Shown piece after piece: positions 43,701-59,040 of a stretch of DNA of 64,000 nucleotides. Source of the stretch: the human T2T-CHM13v2.0 reference genome, Homo sapiens; NCBI RefSeq assembly GCF_009914755.1, contig NC_060925.1; one strand, written 5' to 3'. Numbering within the stretch: position 1 is the first letter of the stretch; each line of letters opens with the position of its first letter. Below the pieces are notes generated by a model. It ran no database searches, was not told the origin of the DNA, and was given only the letters and a program-made list of their open reading frames with translations. Made by a program: the position numbers and the translations under genes.

Positions 43701-46479
43701 AACCAGATGGAATGGATTGGAATAGAGTTGAATGGAATGGAACGGCATGGAATGCAATGGAATCAACAAGAATGGAATGGAATGGAATGGAATGGAATGG
43801 AGTGGAATGGAATAGAATGGAATGGAATGGAATGAAATCGACCCGATTGGAATGGAATAGAATGCAATGGAATGGAATGGAATCATCTGGAAAGGAATCA
43901 AATGGAACGGAATGGAATGGAAAGGAATGGAATGGAGTAGAATCAACCCGAGTGGAATGCAATGGAATGGAAGAGAATGGAATGGAATGGAATGGAATGG
44001 AATGGAAACAACACGAGTGGAATGGAATGGAATGGAATGGAATGGAATGGAAGGGAAAGGAATGGAATAGAATGGAATGGAAACAACTCGACTGGAAAGG
44101 AATGGAATGGAAAGGAATGGAATGGTAAGGAAAGGAATGGAATGCAATGGTATGGAATGGAATGCAATGGAATTCAATGTAATGGAAACAAACCGAGTGG
44201 AATGTAATGGAATGGAAAGGACTGGACAGTAATGGAATGGATTGGAATCAACCCGATTCCAATGCAATGGAATGGAATGGAATGGAATGGAATTTAATCA
44301 ATCCGAGTGGAATGGAATGGAATGGAATGGAATGGAATAGAATGGAATGGAATCAACTCGAGTGGAAAGGAATGGAATGGAAAGGAATGGAATGGAAAGG
44401 AAAAGAATGAAATGCAGTGGAATGCAATGGTATGTAATGGAGTCAACCCGAGTGGAATGGAATGGAATGGAATGGAATGAAAATGAATGGAATGCAATGC
44501 AATGGAATGGAGAGGAAAGGAATAAACACCAGTGGAAGGGAATGCAATGGAATGAAGCGGACTGGAATAAACACCAGTGGAATGGAATGGAGTGGAATGG
44601 AATGGAATGGAATGGAATGGACTAGAATGGAATGGAATGGAATGAAATCAACTCGATTAGAATGGAATAGAATGCAATGGAATGAAACGGAATCAACTGG
44701 AAAGGAATGAAATGGAATGGAATTGAATGGAATGGAATCAACCCGAGTGGAATGGAATGGAATAGAGTGGAATGGAATGGAATGGAATCAAACTGAGTGG
44801 AATAGAATGGAATGGAATGCAATGGAATGTAATGGAGTGGAAGGCATTAGAATCAACGGGAATGCAATGGAATGGAATGGAATGGAATGGAATCAACCAC
44901 AGCTTAATGGAAAGGTATGGAATGGAGTATAATGGAATGGAATGGAATCAATACGGGTGGAATGGAATGGAATGGAATGGAATGGAATGGATTATAATGG
45001 AATGGAACAGAATCAATCCGGGTGGAATGGAATGGAATGGAATGGAATCAACTCGAGTGGAATGAAATGTAATGGAATGGAATGGAACGGAACGGAACGG
45101 AATGGAATGGAATGGAATGGAATGGCATGGAATGGAATGGAATGGAATGTAACGGCATGGAATGAAATGGAATGGAGTGGAATTAACCCGAGTGGAATGG
45201 AATGGAATGGAATGGAATGTAGCACCATGGAATGGAATGGAATGGAGTGCAATAAACCCGACTGGAATGGAATGGAATGGAATGGAATGGAATGGAATGG
45301 AGTGGAATGGAATAAGCAAGAGAGGAATGGAATGGAATGGAATGGAATCAACCCAAGTGGAATGGACTGGATAGGAATGGAATGGAGTCAACCCGAGAGC
45401 AATGGAATGGAAAGGAATGGAATGGAGTGGAATAGAATGGGATAAACACGAGTGGAATGGAATGGAATGGAAAGGAATAGAATGGAATGTAATAAACTCG
45501 AGTGGAAAGGAATGGAATGGAAAGTAATAGAATGCAATGGAATGTAGTGGTATGGAATGGAGTCAAACCGAGTTGAATGGAATGGAATTGAATGGAATGA
45601 AATGGAATGGAACGGAATGCAATGGAATGGAATGGAATGGAATGGAATGGAATGGAGTGGAATTTAATAAACAGCAGTAGAATGAAAAGGAATGGAATGG
45701 AATGGAATGGAATGGAATGGAATGGAATGGAATGGAATGAAATCAACCCGATTAGAATGGAATAGAATGCAATAAAATGAAATGGAATCAACTGGAAAGG
45801 AATGAAATGGAATGGAATGGAATGGAATGGAATCAACCCGAGTGGAATGGAATGGAATAGAATGGAATGGAATGGAATGGAATAGAATGGAATGGAAACA
45901 ACTCGAGAGGAAAGGAATGGAATGGAAAGGAATGGAATGGAAAGGAAAGTCATGGAATGCAATTGAGTGTAATGGTATGGAATGGAGTCAACCCAAGTGG
46001 AATGGAATGGAATGGAATGGAATGGAATGGAACGAAATGGAAAGGAATGGAATGCAATGGAATGGAGTGGAATGGAATAAACACCAGTGGAATGGAATGG
46101 AATGGAATGGAATGGAATCAACCAGAGTGGAATGCAATGGAATGGAATGAAATGGAATGGAAAGAAATCAACCCGAATGGAATGGATTGGAATAGAGTGG
46201 AATGGAATGGAACGGCATGGAAAGCAATGGAATCAACTAGAATGGAATGGAATGGAATGGAATGGAATGGACAGGAATGGAATGGAATGGAATGGAATAG
46301 AATGGAGTGGAATGGAATAGATTGGAATGTAATGTAATGAAATCAACCCGATTGGAATGGAATAGAATGCAATGGAATGGAATGGAATCATCTGGAAAGG
46401 AATCAAATGGAACGGAATGGAATGGAAAGGAATGGAATGGAATGGAATCAACCCGAGTGGAATGTAATGGAATGCAAAG

Positions 46480-49400
46480 CAATGGACTGTAATGGAATGG
46501 ATTGGAATCAACACGATTCCAATGCAATGGAATGGAATGGAATGGAATGGAATGAACCCGAGTGGAATGGAATGGAATGGAATGGAATGCAATGGAATGG
46601 AATGGAATGGAATAGAATGAAATGGAATCAACTCGAGTGGAAATGAATGGAATGGAAAGGAATGGAATGGAATGGAAATGCATGGAATGCAATGGAATGC
46701 AATGGTATGTTATGGAGTCAACCCGAGTGGAATGGAATGGAATGGAATGGAATGAAAATGAATGGAATGCAATGCAATGGAATGGAGTGGAATGGAATAA
46801 ACACCAGTGGAAGGGAATGCAATGGAATGCAGCAGACTGGAATAAAAACCAGTGGAACGGAATGGAATGGAATGGAATGGAATGGAATGGACTAGAATGG
46901 AATGGAATGGAATGAAATCAACCCGATTAGAATGGAATAGAATGCAATGGAATGAAACGGAATCAACTGGAAAGGAATGAAATGGAATGGAATGGAATGG
47001 AATGGAATCAACCCGAGTGGAATGGAATGCAATGGAATGGAATGGAATGGAATGGAATGGAATCAACGCGAGTGGAATGCAATGGAATGGAATGGAATGG
47101 AATAAACACGAGTGGAATGGAATGGAATGGAATGGAATGGAATGGAATAAACACGAGTGGAATGGAATGGAATGGAATGGAATGGAATGGAATGGAATGA
47201 CATGGAATGGAAAGGAATGGAATGGAATGGAGTGGAAACATCCCGACTGGAATGCAATGGAATGCAATGGAATGGAATGGAACAGAATCAACCCAAGTGG
47301 AATGGAATTGAATGGAAAGGAATGGAATGCAATGGAATCAACCCGAGTGGAATGCAATGGAATGGAATGGAATGGAATGGAATGGAATAAACACGAGTGG
47401 AATGGAATGGAATGGAATGGAATGGAATGGAATGGAATGGCATAGAATGGAAAGGAAACAACTCGACTGGAAAGGAATGGAATGGAAAGGAATGGAATGG
47501 AAAGGAAAGGAATGGAATGCAATGGAATGCAATGGTATGGAATGGATTCAACCCGAGTGGAATGGAATGGAATGGAATGGAATGAAATGAAATGGAATGG
47601 AATGCAATGGAATGGAGTGGAATGGAATAAACACCAGTGGAATGGAATGGAATGGAAGGGAATAGAATGGAATGGAATGGAATCAACCAGAGTGGAATGC
47701 AATGGAATGGAATGAAATGGAATGGAATGAAATCAACCCGAATGGAACGGATTGGAATAGAGTGGAATGGAATGGAACGGCATGCAATGCAATGGAATCA
47801 ACTAGAATGGAATAAAATGGAACGGAATGGACAGGAGTGGAATGGAATGGAATGGAATGGAATGGAATGGAATGGAATGGAATGGAAACAACTCGAGTGG
47901 AAAGGAATGGAATGGAAAGGAATGGAATGGAAAGGAAAGGAATGTAATGCAATGGAATGCAATGGTATGTAATGGAGTCAACCCGTGTGGAATGCAATGG
48001 AATGGAATGGAATGGAATGGAATGGAATCACCCCGAGTGGAATGGATTTTAATGGAGTGGAACGGAATGGAACGGCATGGAATGCAATGGAATCAACTAG
48101 AATGGAATGGAATTGAATGGATTGTAATGGAATGGAACGGAATCAACCTGTGTGGAATGGAATGGAATGGAATGAATGGAATGGATACTAATGGAAAGGA
48201 AAGGAAAGGAAACAACCCGAGTGGAATAGAATGCAATGGAGTGCAATCAAATGGAATGGAATGCAATGGAATTCAATGTAATGGAAATAAACCGAGGGGA
48301 ATGTAATGGAATGGAAAGGACTGGAATGTAATGGAATGGATTGGAATCAACCCGATTCCAATGCAATGGAATGGAATGGAATGGAATGGAATGGAATGGA
48401 ATCAACCCGAGTGGAATGGAATGGAATGGAATGGAATGGAATAGAAGGGAATGGAATTGAATAGAATGGAATGGATACAACTCGACTGGAAAGGAATGGA
48501 ATGGAAAGGAATGGAATGGAAAGGAAAGGAATGCAAGGCAATGGAATGCAATGGTATGGAATGGAATTCAATGGAATTCAATGTAATGGAAACAAACCGA
48601 GTGGAATGTAATGGAATGGAAAGGACTGGACTGTAATGGAATGGATTGGAATCAACACGATTCCAATGCAATTGAATGGAATGGAATGGAATGGAATGGA
48701 ATGGAATGGAATATAGCGGCATGGAATGAAATGGAATGGAGTGCAAAAAACCCGAGTGGAATGGAATGGAATGGAACGGACTGGAATGGAATGGAATGGA
48801 ATGGAATGGAATGGAATAAAAACGAGTGGAATGGAATGGAATTGAATGGAATGGAAGAGAATGGAATGGAATGGAATCAACCCGAGTGGAATGGAATGGA
48901 TAGGAATGGAATGGAATCACCTCGAGTGCAATGGAATGTACTGGAATGGAATGGAATGGAGTGGAATGGAATGGGATAAACACGAGTGGAATGGAATGGA
49001 ATGGAATGGAATGGAATAGAATGGAATGGAATCAAACTGAGTGGAATGGAATGGAATGGAATGCAATGGAATGTAACGGAGTGGAAAGCATTAGAATCAA
49101 CGGGAATGGAATGGAATGGAATGGAATGGAATGGAATGGAATCAACCACAGTGGAATGGAATGGAATGGAATGGATTATAATGGAATGGAATGTAATCAA
49201 TCCGGGTGGAATGGAATGGAATGGAATGGAACCAACTCGAGTGGAATGAAATGTAATGTAATGGAATGGAATGGAATGGAATGGAATGGAATGGAATGGA
49301 ATAGAATGGAATCAATTCGAGTGCAATGTAAAGGTATAGAATGGAATAGAATGGAATGGAATGGAATGGAATTAACCACAGTGGAATGGAAGGGAAAGGA

Positions 49401-52400
49401 ATGGAATGGAATGGAATGGAATGGAATGGAATGGACAGGAAGGGAATGGAATGGAATGGAATGGAATGGACTAGAATGGAATGTAATGTAATGAAATCAA
49501 CCAGATTGGAATGGAATGGAATACAATGGAATGGAATGGAATCAACTGGAAAGGAATGAAATGGAATGGAATGGAATGGAATGGAATGGAATGGAATGGA
49601 ACGGAAACAACCCGACTGGAATGCAATGCAATGGAATGGAATGGAATGGAACAGAATCAACCCGAGTGGAATGGAATGGAATGGAAAGGAATGGAATGGA
49701 ATGGAATCAACCCGAGTGGAATGCAATAGAATGGAATGGAATGAAATGGAATTGAATGGAATGGAATGGAATAAACACGAGTGGAATGGAATGGAATGGA
49801 ATGGAATGGAATGGAATGGAATGGAATCAAACTGTGTGGAATGGAATGGAATGGAATGCAAAGGAATGAAATGGAGTGGAAGGAATTAGAATCAACGGGA
49901 ATGGAATGGAATGGAATGGAATGGAATGGAATGGAATGGAATGGAATCAACCACAGTGGAATGGAATGAAATAGAATGGATTATAATGGAATGGAATGGA
50001 ATCAATCCGGGTGGAATGGAATGGAATGGAATGGAATGGAATGGAATGGAATGGAATGGACTAGAATGGAATGGAAGAGAATGAAATCAACCCGATTAGA
50101 ATGGAATAGAATGCAATGGAATGAAAAGGAATCAACTGGAAAGAATGAAATGGAATGGAATGGAATGGAATGGAATGAACCCGAGTGGAATGGAATGGAA
50201 TGGAATGGAATGCAATGGAATGGAGTGGAATGGAATAAACACCAGTGGAATGGAATGCAATGGAATGGAAAGGAAGGGAATCGACCTGAGTGGAATGGAT
50301 TGGAATAGGGTGGAATGGAATGGAATGGAAACAAACTGAGTGGAATGGAATGGAATGGAATGCAATGGAATGTAATGGAGTTTAAGGCATTAGAATCAAC
50401 GGGAAAAGAATGGAATGGAATGGAATGGAATGGAATGGAATCAACCTTAGTGGAATGGAATGGAATGGAATGGATTATAATGGAATGGAATGGAATCAAT
50501 ACGGGTGGAATGGAATGGAATGGAATGGAAGGGATTATAATGGAATGGAATGGAATCAATCCGGGTGGAATGGAATGGAATGGAATGGAATGAACTCGAG
50601 TGGAATCAAATGTAATGTAATGGAATGGAATGGAATGGAACGGAATGGAATGGAATGGAGTGGAATAGTATGGAATCAATTTGAGTGCAATGTAAAGGTA
50701 TAGAATGGAGTAGAATGGAATGCAATGGAATGGAATCAACCAGATTGGAATGCAACGGAAAGGAATGGAATGGAATGGAATGGAATGGAATGGAATGTAA
50801 CGGCATGGAATGAAATGGAATGGAGTGGAATTAACCCGAGTGGAATAGAATGGAATGGAATGGAATGGAATGGAATGGAATGGAATATAGCGGCATGGAA
50901 TGAAATGGAATGGAGTGCAAAAAACCCGAGTGGAATGGAATGGAATGGAACGGACTGGAATGGAATGGAATGGAATGGAATAAAAACGAGTGGAATGGAA
51001 TGGAATTGAATGGAATGGAAGAGAATGGAATGGAATGGAATCTACCCGAGTGGAATGGAATGGATAGGAATGGAATGGAATCACCTCGAGTGCAATGGAA
51101 TGTACTGGAATGGAATGGAATGGAGTGGAATGGAATGGGATAAACACGAGTGGAATGGAATGGAATGGAATGGAATAGAATGGAATGGAATCAACTCGAG
51201 TGGAATGGATTGGAATAGAGTGGAATGGAATGGAATGGAATCAAACTGAGTGGAATGGAATGGAATGGAATGCAATGGAATGTAAGGGAGTGGAAAGCAT
51301 TAGAATCAACGGGAATGGAATGGAATGGAATGGAATGGAATGGAATGGAATGGAATGGAATGGAATCAACCACAGTGGAATGGAATGGAATGGAATGGAT
51401 TATAGTGGAATGGAATGGAATCAATACGGGTGGAATGGAATGGAATGGAATGGATTATAATGGAATGGAATGTAATCAATCCGGGTGGAATGGAATGGAA
51501 TGGAATGGAACCAACTCGAGTTTAATGAAACGTAATGTAATGTAATGGAATGGAATGGAACGGAATGGAATGGAATGGAATAGAATGGAATCAATTCGAG
51601 TGCAATGTAAGGGTATAGAATGGAATAGAATGGAATGGAATGGAATGGAATGGAATGGAATTAACCAGAGTGGAATGGAAGGGAAAGGAATGGAATGGAA
51701 TGGAATGGAATGGAATGGAATGGAATGGAATGGAATGGAATGGAATGGAATGGACAGGAAGGGAATGGAATGGAATGGAATGGAATGGACTAGAATGGAA
51801 TGGAATGTAATGAAATCAACCAGATTGGAATGGAATGGAATACAATGGAATGGAATGGAATGGAATCAACTGGAAAGGAATGAAATGGAATGGAATGGAA
51901 TGGAATGGAATGGAATGGAATGGAATGGAATGGAATGGAAACAACCCGACTGGAATGCAATGCAATGGAATGGAATGGAATGGAACAGAATCAACCCGAG
52001 TGGAATGGAATGGAATGGAAAGGAATGGAATGGAATGGAATCAACCCGAGTGGAATGCAATAGAATGGAATGGAATGAAATGGAATTGAATGGAATGGAA
52101 TGGAATAAACACGAGTGGAATGGAATGGAATGGAATGGAATGGAATGGAATCAAACTGTGTGGAATGGAATGGAATGGAATGCAAAGGAATGAAATGGAG
52201 TGGAAGGAATTAGAATCAACGGGAATGGAATGGAATGGAATGGAATGGAATGGAATGGAATCAACCACAGTGGAATGGAATGAAATAGAATGGATTATAA
52301 TGGAATGGAATGGAATCAATATGGGTGGAATGGAATGGAATGGAATGGAATGGAATGGAATTGAATGGATTATAATGGAATGGAATGGAATCAATCCGGG

Positions 52401-55400
52401 TGGAATGGAATGGAATGGAATGGAATCAACTCGAGTGGAATGTAATGTTTTGTAATGTAATGGAATGGAATGGAACGGAATGGAATGGAATGGAATGGAA
52501 TAGAATGGAATCAATTCGAGTGCAATGTAAAGGTATAGAATGGAATAGAATGGAATAGAATGGAACGGAAAGGAATGGAATGGAATGGAATGGAATGGAA
52601 CGGCATGGAATGCAATGGAATCAACTAGAATGGAATGGAATTGAATGGATTGGAATGGAGTCGAACGGTATCAACCTAAGTGGAATGGAATGTAATGGAA
52701 TGGAAAGAAATCAACCCGAATGGAATGGATTGGAATAGAGTGGAATGGAATGCAACGGCATGAAATGCAATGGAATCAACTAGAATGGAATGGAATTGAA
52801 TGGATTGGAATGGAATCGAACGGAATCAACCTGAGTGGAATGGAATGGAAAGGAATGGAATGGAATGGAATGAAATGGAATGGAATGGAATGGAATGAAA
52901 TGGTATGGAAAGGAATGGAATGGAATGGAATGGAGTGGAATGGAATAGAATGGAATGGAATGGAATGAAATCAACCCGATTGGAATGGAATGGAATGGAA
53001 TGGAATGGAATCATCTGGAAAGGAATCAAATGGAACGGAATGGAATTGAAAGGAATGGAATGGAATGGAATCAACCCGAGTGGAATGCAATTGAATGGAA
53101 TGGAATTGAATGGAATGGAATGGAATCAACCCGAGTGGAATGGATTGGAATGGAGTGGAATGGAATGGAACGGCATGGAATGCAATAGAATCAACTAGAA
53201 TGGAATGGAATTGAATGGATTGGAATGGAATCGAACGGAATCAACTTGAGTGGAATGGAATGGAATGGAATGAAATGGAATGGAATGAAATCAACCCGAA
53301 TGGAACGGATTGGAATAGAGATGAATGGAATGGAATGGCATGGAATGCAATGAAATCAACTAGAATGGAATGGAAAGGAATGGAATGGACAGGAATGTAA
53401 TGGAATGGAATGGTATGGAATGGAATGGAATGGAGTGGAGTGGAATGGAACAGAATGGAATGGAATGGAATGAAATCAACCCGATTGGAAAGGAATGGAA
53501 TGCAATGGAATTGAATGGAATCATCTGGAAGGGAATCAAATGGAACGGAATGGAATGGAATGGAATGGAATGGAATGGAATGGAATCAACCCGAGTGGAA
53601 TGCAATGGAATGGAATGGAATGGAATGGAATGAAATGGAATGGAATGGAATGGAATCAACCCGAGTGGAATGGATTGGAATGGAGTGGAATGGAATGGAA
53701 CGACATGGAATGCAATGGAATCGAATAGAATGGAATGAAATTGAATGGATTGGAATGGAATCGAACGGAATAAACTTGAGTGGAATGGAATGGAATGGAA
53801 TGGAATGGAATGGATACTAATGGAATGGAATGGAAAGGAAACAACCCGAGTGGAATACAATGCAATGAAATGCAATGGAATGGAATGGAATTCAATGGAA
53901 TTCAATGTAATGGAAACAAACCGAGTGGAATGTAATGGAATGGAAATGACTGGACGGTAACGGAATGGATTGGAATCAACCCGATTCGAAAGCAATGGAA
54001 TGGAATGGAATGGAATGGAACGGAATCAACCCGAGTGGAATGGAATGGAATGGAATGGAATGGAATGGAATGGAATGGAACCAACCAGAGTGGAATAGAA
54101 TGCAATGGAATGCAATGGAATGGAATGGAATGAAATGGAATTCAATGTAATGGAAACAAACCGAGTGGAATGTAATGGAATGGAAAGGACTGGACTGTAA
54201 TGGAATGGGTTGGAATCAACACGATTCCAATGCAATTGAATGGAATGGAATGGAATGGAATGGAATGGAATGGAATGGAAAGGAATGGAATGGAATTGAA
54301 TCAACCGGAGTGGAATGGAATGGAATATAATGGAATGGAATGGAATATGATAGAATGGAATGGAATCAACTCGAGTGGAAAGGAATGGAATGGAAAGGAA
54401 TGGAATGGAAAGGAAAGGCATGGAATGCAATGGAATGAAATGGTATGTAATGGATTCAACCCGAGTGGAATGGAATGGAATGGAGTGGAATGAAAATGAA
54501 TGGAATGCAATGCAATGGAATGGAGTGGAATGGAATAAACACCAGTGGAAGGGAATGCAATGGAATGGAGCGGACTGGAATAAACACCAGTGGAATGGAA
54601 TGGAATGGAATGGAATGGAATGGAATGGACTAGAATGGAAAGGAATGGAATGAAATCAACCTGATTAGTACGGAATAGAATGCAATGGAATGAAATGGAA
54701 TCAAATGGAAAGGAATGAAATGGAATGGAATGGAATGGAATGGAATCAACCAGAGTGGAAAGGAATGGAATGGAATGGAATGCAATGGAATGGAGTGGAA
54801 TGGAATAAACACCAGTGGAATGGAATGCAATGGAATGGAATGGAATGGAATGGAATCAACCCGAGTGGAATGGATTGGAATAGAGTGGAATGCAATGGAA
54901 TGGAATCAAACTGAGTGGAAAGGAATGGAATGCAATGCAATGGAATGTAATGGAGTGGAAGGCTTTAGAATCAACGGGAATGGAATGGAATGGAATGGAA
55001 TGGAATGGAATGGAATGGAATCAACCACAGTGGAATGGAATGGAATGGAATGGATTATAATGGAATGCAATGGAATCAATCCAGGTGGAATGGAATGGAA
55101 TGGAATGGAATGAAATGGATTATAATGGAATGGAATGGTATCAATCCGGGTGGAGTGAAATGGAATGGAATGGAATCAACTCGAGTGGAATGAAATGTAA
55201 TCTAATGGAATGGAATGGAATGGAACGGAATGGAATGGAATGGAATGGAATGGAATAGAATGGAATCAATTCGAGTGCAATGTAAAGGTATAGAATGGAA
55301 TAGAATGGAATGGAATGGAATGGAATCAACCAGAGTGGAATGGAACGGAAAGGAATGGAACGGAATGGAATGGAATGGAATGGAATGGAATGGAATCAAC

Positions 55401-57260
55401 CCGGGTGGAATGGATTGGAATGGAGTGGAATGGAATGAAACGGCATGGAATGCAATGGAATCTACTAGAATGGAATGGAATTGAATGGATTGGAATGGAA
55501 TCGAACGGAATCAACCTGAGTGGAATGGAATGGAATGGAATGGAATGAATAGAATGGAATGGAATGGATACTAATGGAATGGAATGGAAAGGAAACAACC
55601 CGAGTGGAATAGAATGCAATGGAATGCAATGGAATGGAATAGAATGCAATGGAATTCAATGTAATGGAAACAAACCGAGTGGAATGTAATGGAATGGAAA
55701 GGACTGGACTGTAATGGAATGGATTGGAATCAACACGATTCCAATGCAATGGAATGGAATGGAATGGAATGGAATGGAATGGAATCAACCCGAGTGGAAT
55801 GGAATGGAATGGAATGGAACGCAATGGAATGGAATGGAATGGAATAGAATGAAATGGAATCAACTCGGGTGGAAAGGAATGGAATGGAAAGGAATGGAAA
55901 GGAATGGAAATGCATGGAATGCAATGGAATGCAATGGTATGTGATGCAGTCAACCAGAGTGGAATGGAATGGAATGGAATGGAATGAAAATGAATGGAAT
56001 GCAATGCAATGGAATGGAGTGGAATGGAATAAACACCAGTGGAAGGGAATGCAAAGGAATGGAGAAGACTGGAATAAACACCAGTTGAACGGAATGGAAT
56101 GGAATGGAATGGAATGGAATGGAATGGAATGGACTAGAATGGAATGGAATGGAATGAAATCAACCCGATTAGAATGGAATAGAATGCAATGGAATGAAAC
56201 GGAATCAACTGGAAAGGAATGAAATGGAATGGAATGGAAAGGAATGGAATCAACCCGAGTGGAATGGAATGGAATGGAAAGGAATGCAATGGAATGGAAT
56301 CAACCCGAGTGGAATTGATTGGAATAGAGTGGAATAGAATGGAATGGCATCAAACTGAGTGGAATGGAATGGAATGGAATGGAATGGAATGGAGCGGAAG
56401 GCATTAGAATCAACGGGAATGGAATGGAATGGAATGGAATGTATTCAACCACAGTGGAATGGAATGGAATGGAATGGATTATAATGGAATGGAATGGAAT
56501 CAATAGGGTTGGAATGGAATGGAATGGAATGGAATCAACTGGAAAGGAATGAAATGGAATGGAATGGAATGGAATGGAATGGAATGGAATGGAATGGAAT
56601 GAAATGGAATGGAAAGGAATGGAATGGAATGGAATGGAAACAACCCGACTGGAATGCAATGGAATGCAATGGAATGGAATGGAACAGAATCAACCCAAGT
56701 GGAATGGAATGGAATGGAACGGAATGGAATGGAATGGAATCAACCCGAGTGGAATGCAATGGAATGGAATGGAATGGAATGGAATGGAATGGAATGGAAT
56801 AAACAGGAGTGGAATGGAATGGAATGGAATTGAATGGAATGGAATGGAATGGCATAGAATGGAAAGGAAACAACTCGACTGGAAAGGAATGGAATAGAAA
56901 GGAATGGAATGGAAAGGAAAGGAATGGAATGCAATGGAATGCAATGGTATGGAATGGATTCAACCCGAGTGGAATGGAATGGAATGGAATGGAATGAAAT
57001 GGAAAGGAATGGAATGCAATGGAATGGAGTGGAATGGAATAAACACCAGTGGAATGGAATGGAATGGAAGGGAATGGAATGGAATGGAATGGAATCAACC
57101 AGAGTGGAATGCAATGGAATGGAATGAAATGGAATGGAATGAAATCAACCCGAATGGAACGGATTGGAATAGAGTGGAATGGAATGGAACGGCATGCAAT
57201 GCAATGGAATCAACTAGAATGGAATAAAATGGAATGGAACGGACAGGAATGGAATGGAAT
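46480..57260 (+). repeat. Dispersed block copy: about 46.5-47.85 kb repeated at about 55.7-57.25 kb (offset 9.2-9.4 kb)
   Basis: GGAAATGCATGG 46674/55906, GGCATAGAATGGAAAGGAAACAACTCGACT 47439/56851. Confidence 0.8.
48700..52310 (+). repeat. Two copies of a ~1.3-1.45 kb block (about 48700-49990 and 50875-52310)
   Basis: ATATAGCGGC 48711/50885, CACCTCGAGTGCAATGGAATGTACT 48918/51082, CAAACTGTGT 49828/52152. Confidence 0.85.
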
Positions 57261-57285
57261 GGAATGGAATGGAATGGAATGAAAT

Positions 57286-57815
57286 CAACCCGAGTTGAAT
57301 GGAATGGAATGGAATGGAATGGAATGGGATGGAATCAATGCGAGTGGAATGCAATGGAATGGAAAGGAATGGAATGGAATGGAGTGGAATAAACACGAGT
57401 GGAATGGAATGGAATGGAATTGAATGGAATGGAATGGAATGGATACAACTCGAGTGGAAAGCAATGGAATGGAAAGGAATGGAATGGAAAGGAAAGGAAT
57501 GGAATGCAATGGAATGCAATGGTATGGAATGGAGTCAACCCGAGTGGAATGGAATGGAATGGAATGGAATGGGATGGAATCAACGCGAGTGGAATGCAAT
57601 GGAATGGAAAGGAATGGAATGGAATGGAGTGGAATAAACACGAGTGGAATGGAATGGAATGGAATTGAATGGAATGGAATGGAATGGATACAACTCGAGG
57701 GGAAAGCAATGGAATGGAAAGGAATGCAATGGAAAGGAAAGGAATGGAATGCAATGGAATGCAATGGTATGGAATGGAGTCAACCCGAGTGGAATGGAAT
57801 GGAATGGAATGGAAT
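57286..57815 (+). repeat. 245-bp tandem duplication
   Basis: GGGAT 57326/57571, GGATACAACT 57441/57686, GGAGTCAACC 57531/57776. Confidence 0.88.
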
Positions 57816-58160
57816 GGAATGGAATGGAATGGACAGGAATGGAATGGAATGGAATGAAATGGAATGGAATGGAATGGAATGGAATGGAATGGAATGGAAT
57901 GGAATGGAGTGGAATGGAATAGAATGGAATGGAATGGAATGAAATCTCCCCGGTTGGAATGGAATGGAATGCAATGGAATGGAATGGAATCATCTGGAAA
58001 GGAATCAAATGGAACGGAATGGAATGCAATGGAATGGAATGGAACCATCTGGAAAGGAATCAAATGGAACGGAATGGAATGGAATGGAATGGAATCAACC
58101 CGAGTGGAATGCAATGGAATGGAATGGAATGGAATGCAATGGAATGGAATGGAATGGAAT

Positions 58161-59040
58161 GGAATCAACCCTAGTGGAATGGATTGGAATGGAGTGGAAT
58201 GGAATGGAACGGCATGGAATGCAATGGAATCAACTAGAATGGAGTGGAATTGAAAGGATTGGAATGGAATCGAACTGAATCAACTTGAGTGGAATGGAAT
58301 GGAATGGAATGGAATGAAATCAACCCGAATGGAATGGATTGGAATAGAGTGGAATGGAATGGAACGACATGGAATGCAATGGAATCAACTAGAAGGAAAA
58401 GGAATGGAATGGAATGGAAAGGAATGGAATGCAATGGAATGAAATGGAATGGAATGGAATGGAATGGAGTGGAGTGGAATGGAATAGAATGGAATGGAAT
58501 GGAATGAAATCAGCCCGATTGGAATGGAATGGAATGTAATGGAATGGAATGGAATCATCTGGAAAGGAATCAAATGGAACGGAATGGAATGGAATGGAAT
58601 GGAAGGGAATGGAATCAACCCTAGTGGAATGGATTGGAATGGAGTGGAATGGAATGGAACGGCATGGAATGCAATGGAATCAACTAGAATGGAGTGGAAT
58701 TGAAAGGATTGGAATGGAATCGAACTGAATCAACCTGAGTGGAATGGAATGGAATGGAATGGAATGAAATCAACCCGAATGGAATGGATTGGAATAGAGT
58801 GGAATGGAATGGAACGACATGGAATGCAATGGAATCAACTAGAAGGAAAAGGAATGGAATGGAATGGAAAGGAATGGAATGCAATGGAATGAAATGGAAT
58901 GGAATGGAATGGAATGGAGTGGAGTGGAATGGAATAGAATGGAATGGAATGGAATGAAATCAGACCGATTGGAATGGAATGGAATGGAATGGAATGGAAT
59001 CATCTGGAAAGGAATCAAATGGAACGGAATGGAATGGAAT
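58161..59040 (+). repeat. 450-bp tandem duplication
   Basis: CAACCCTAGT at 58166/58616. ORF translations are identical at 58234-58434/58684-58884 and 58289-58507/58739-58957. Confidence 0.92.

Noticed and set aside
41079-45065. DYZ1 (Yq12) assignment from the 3543-bp offset
   Set aside because: The offset holds for only ~0.5 kb, and neighbouring markers give 3.46-4.5 kb. The window has no regular 3.6 kb period.
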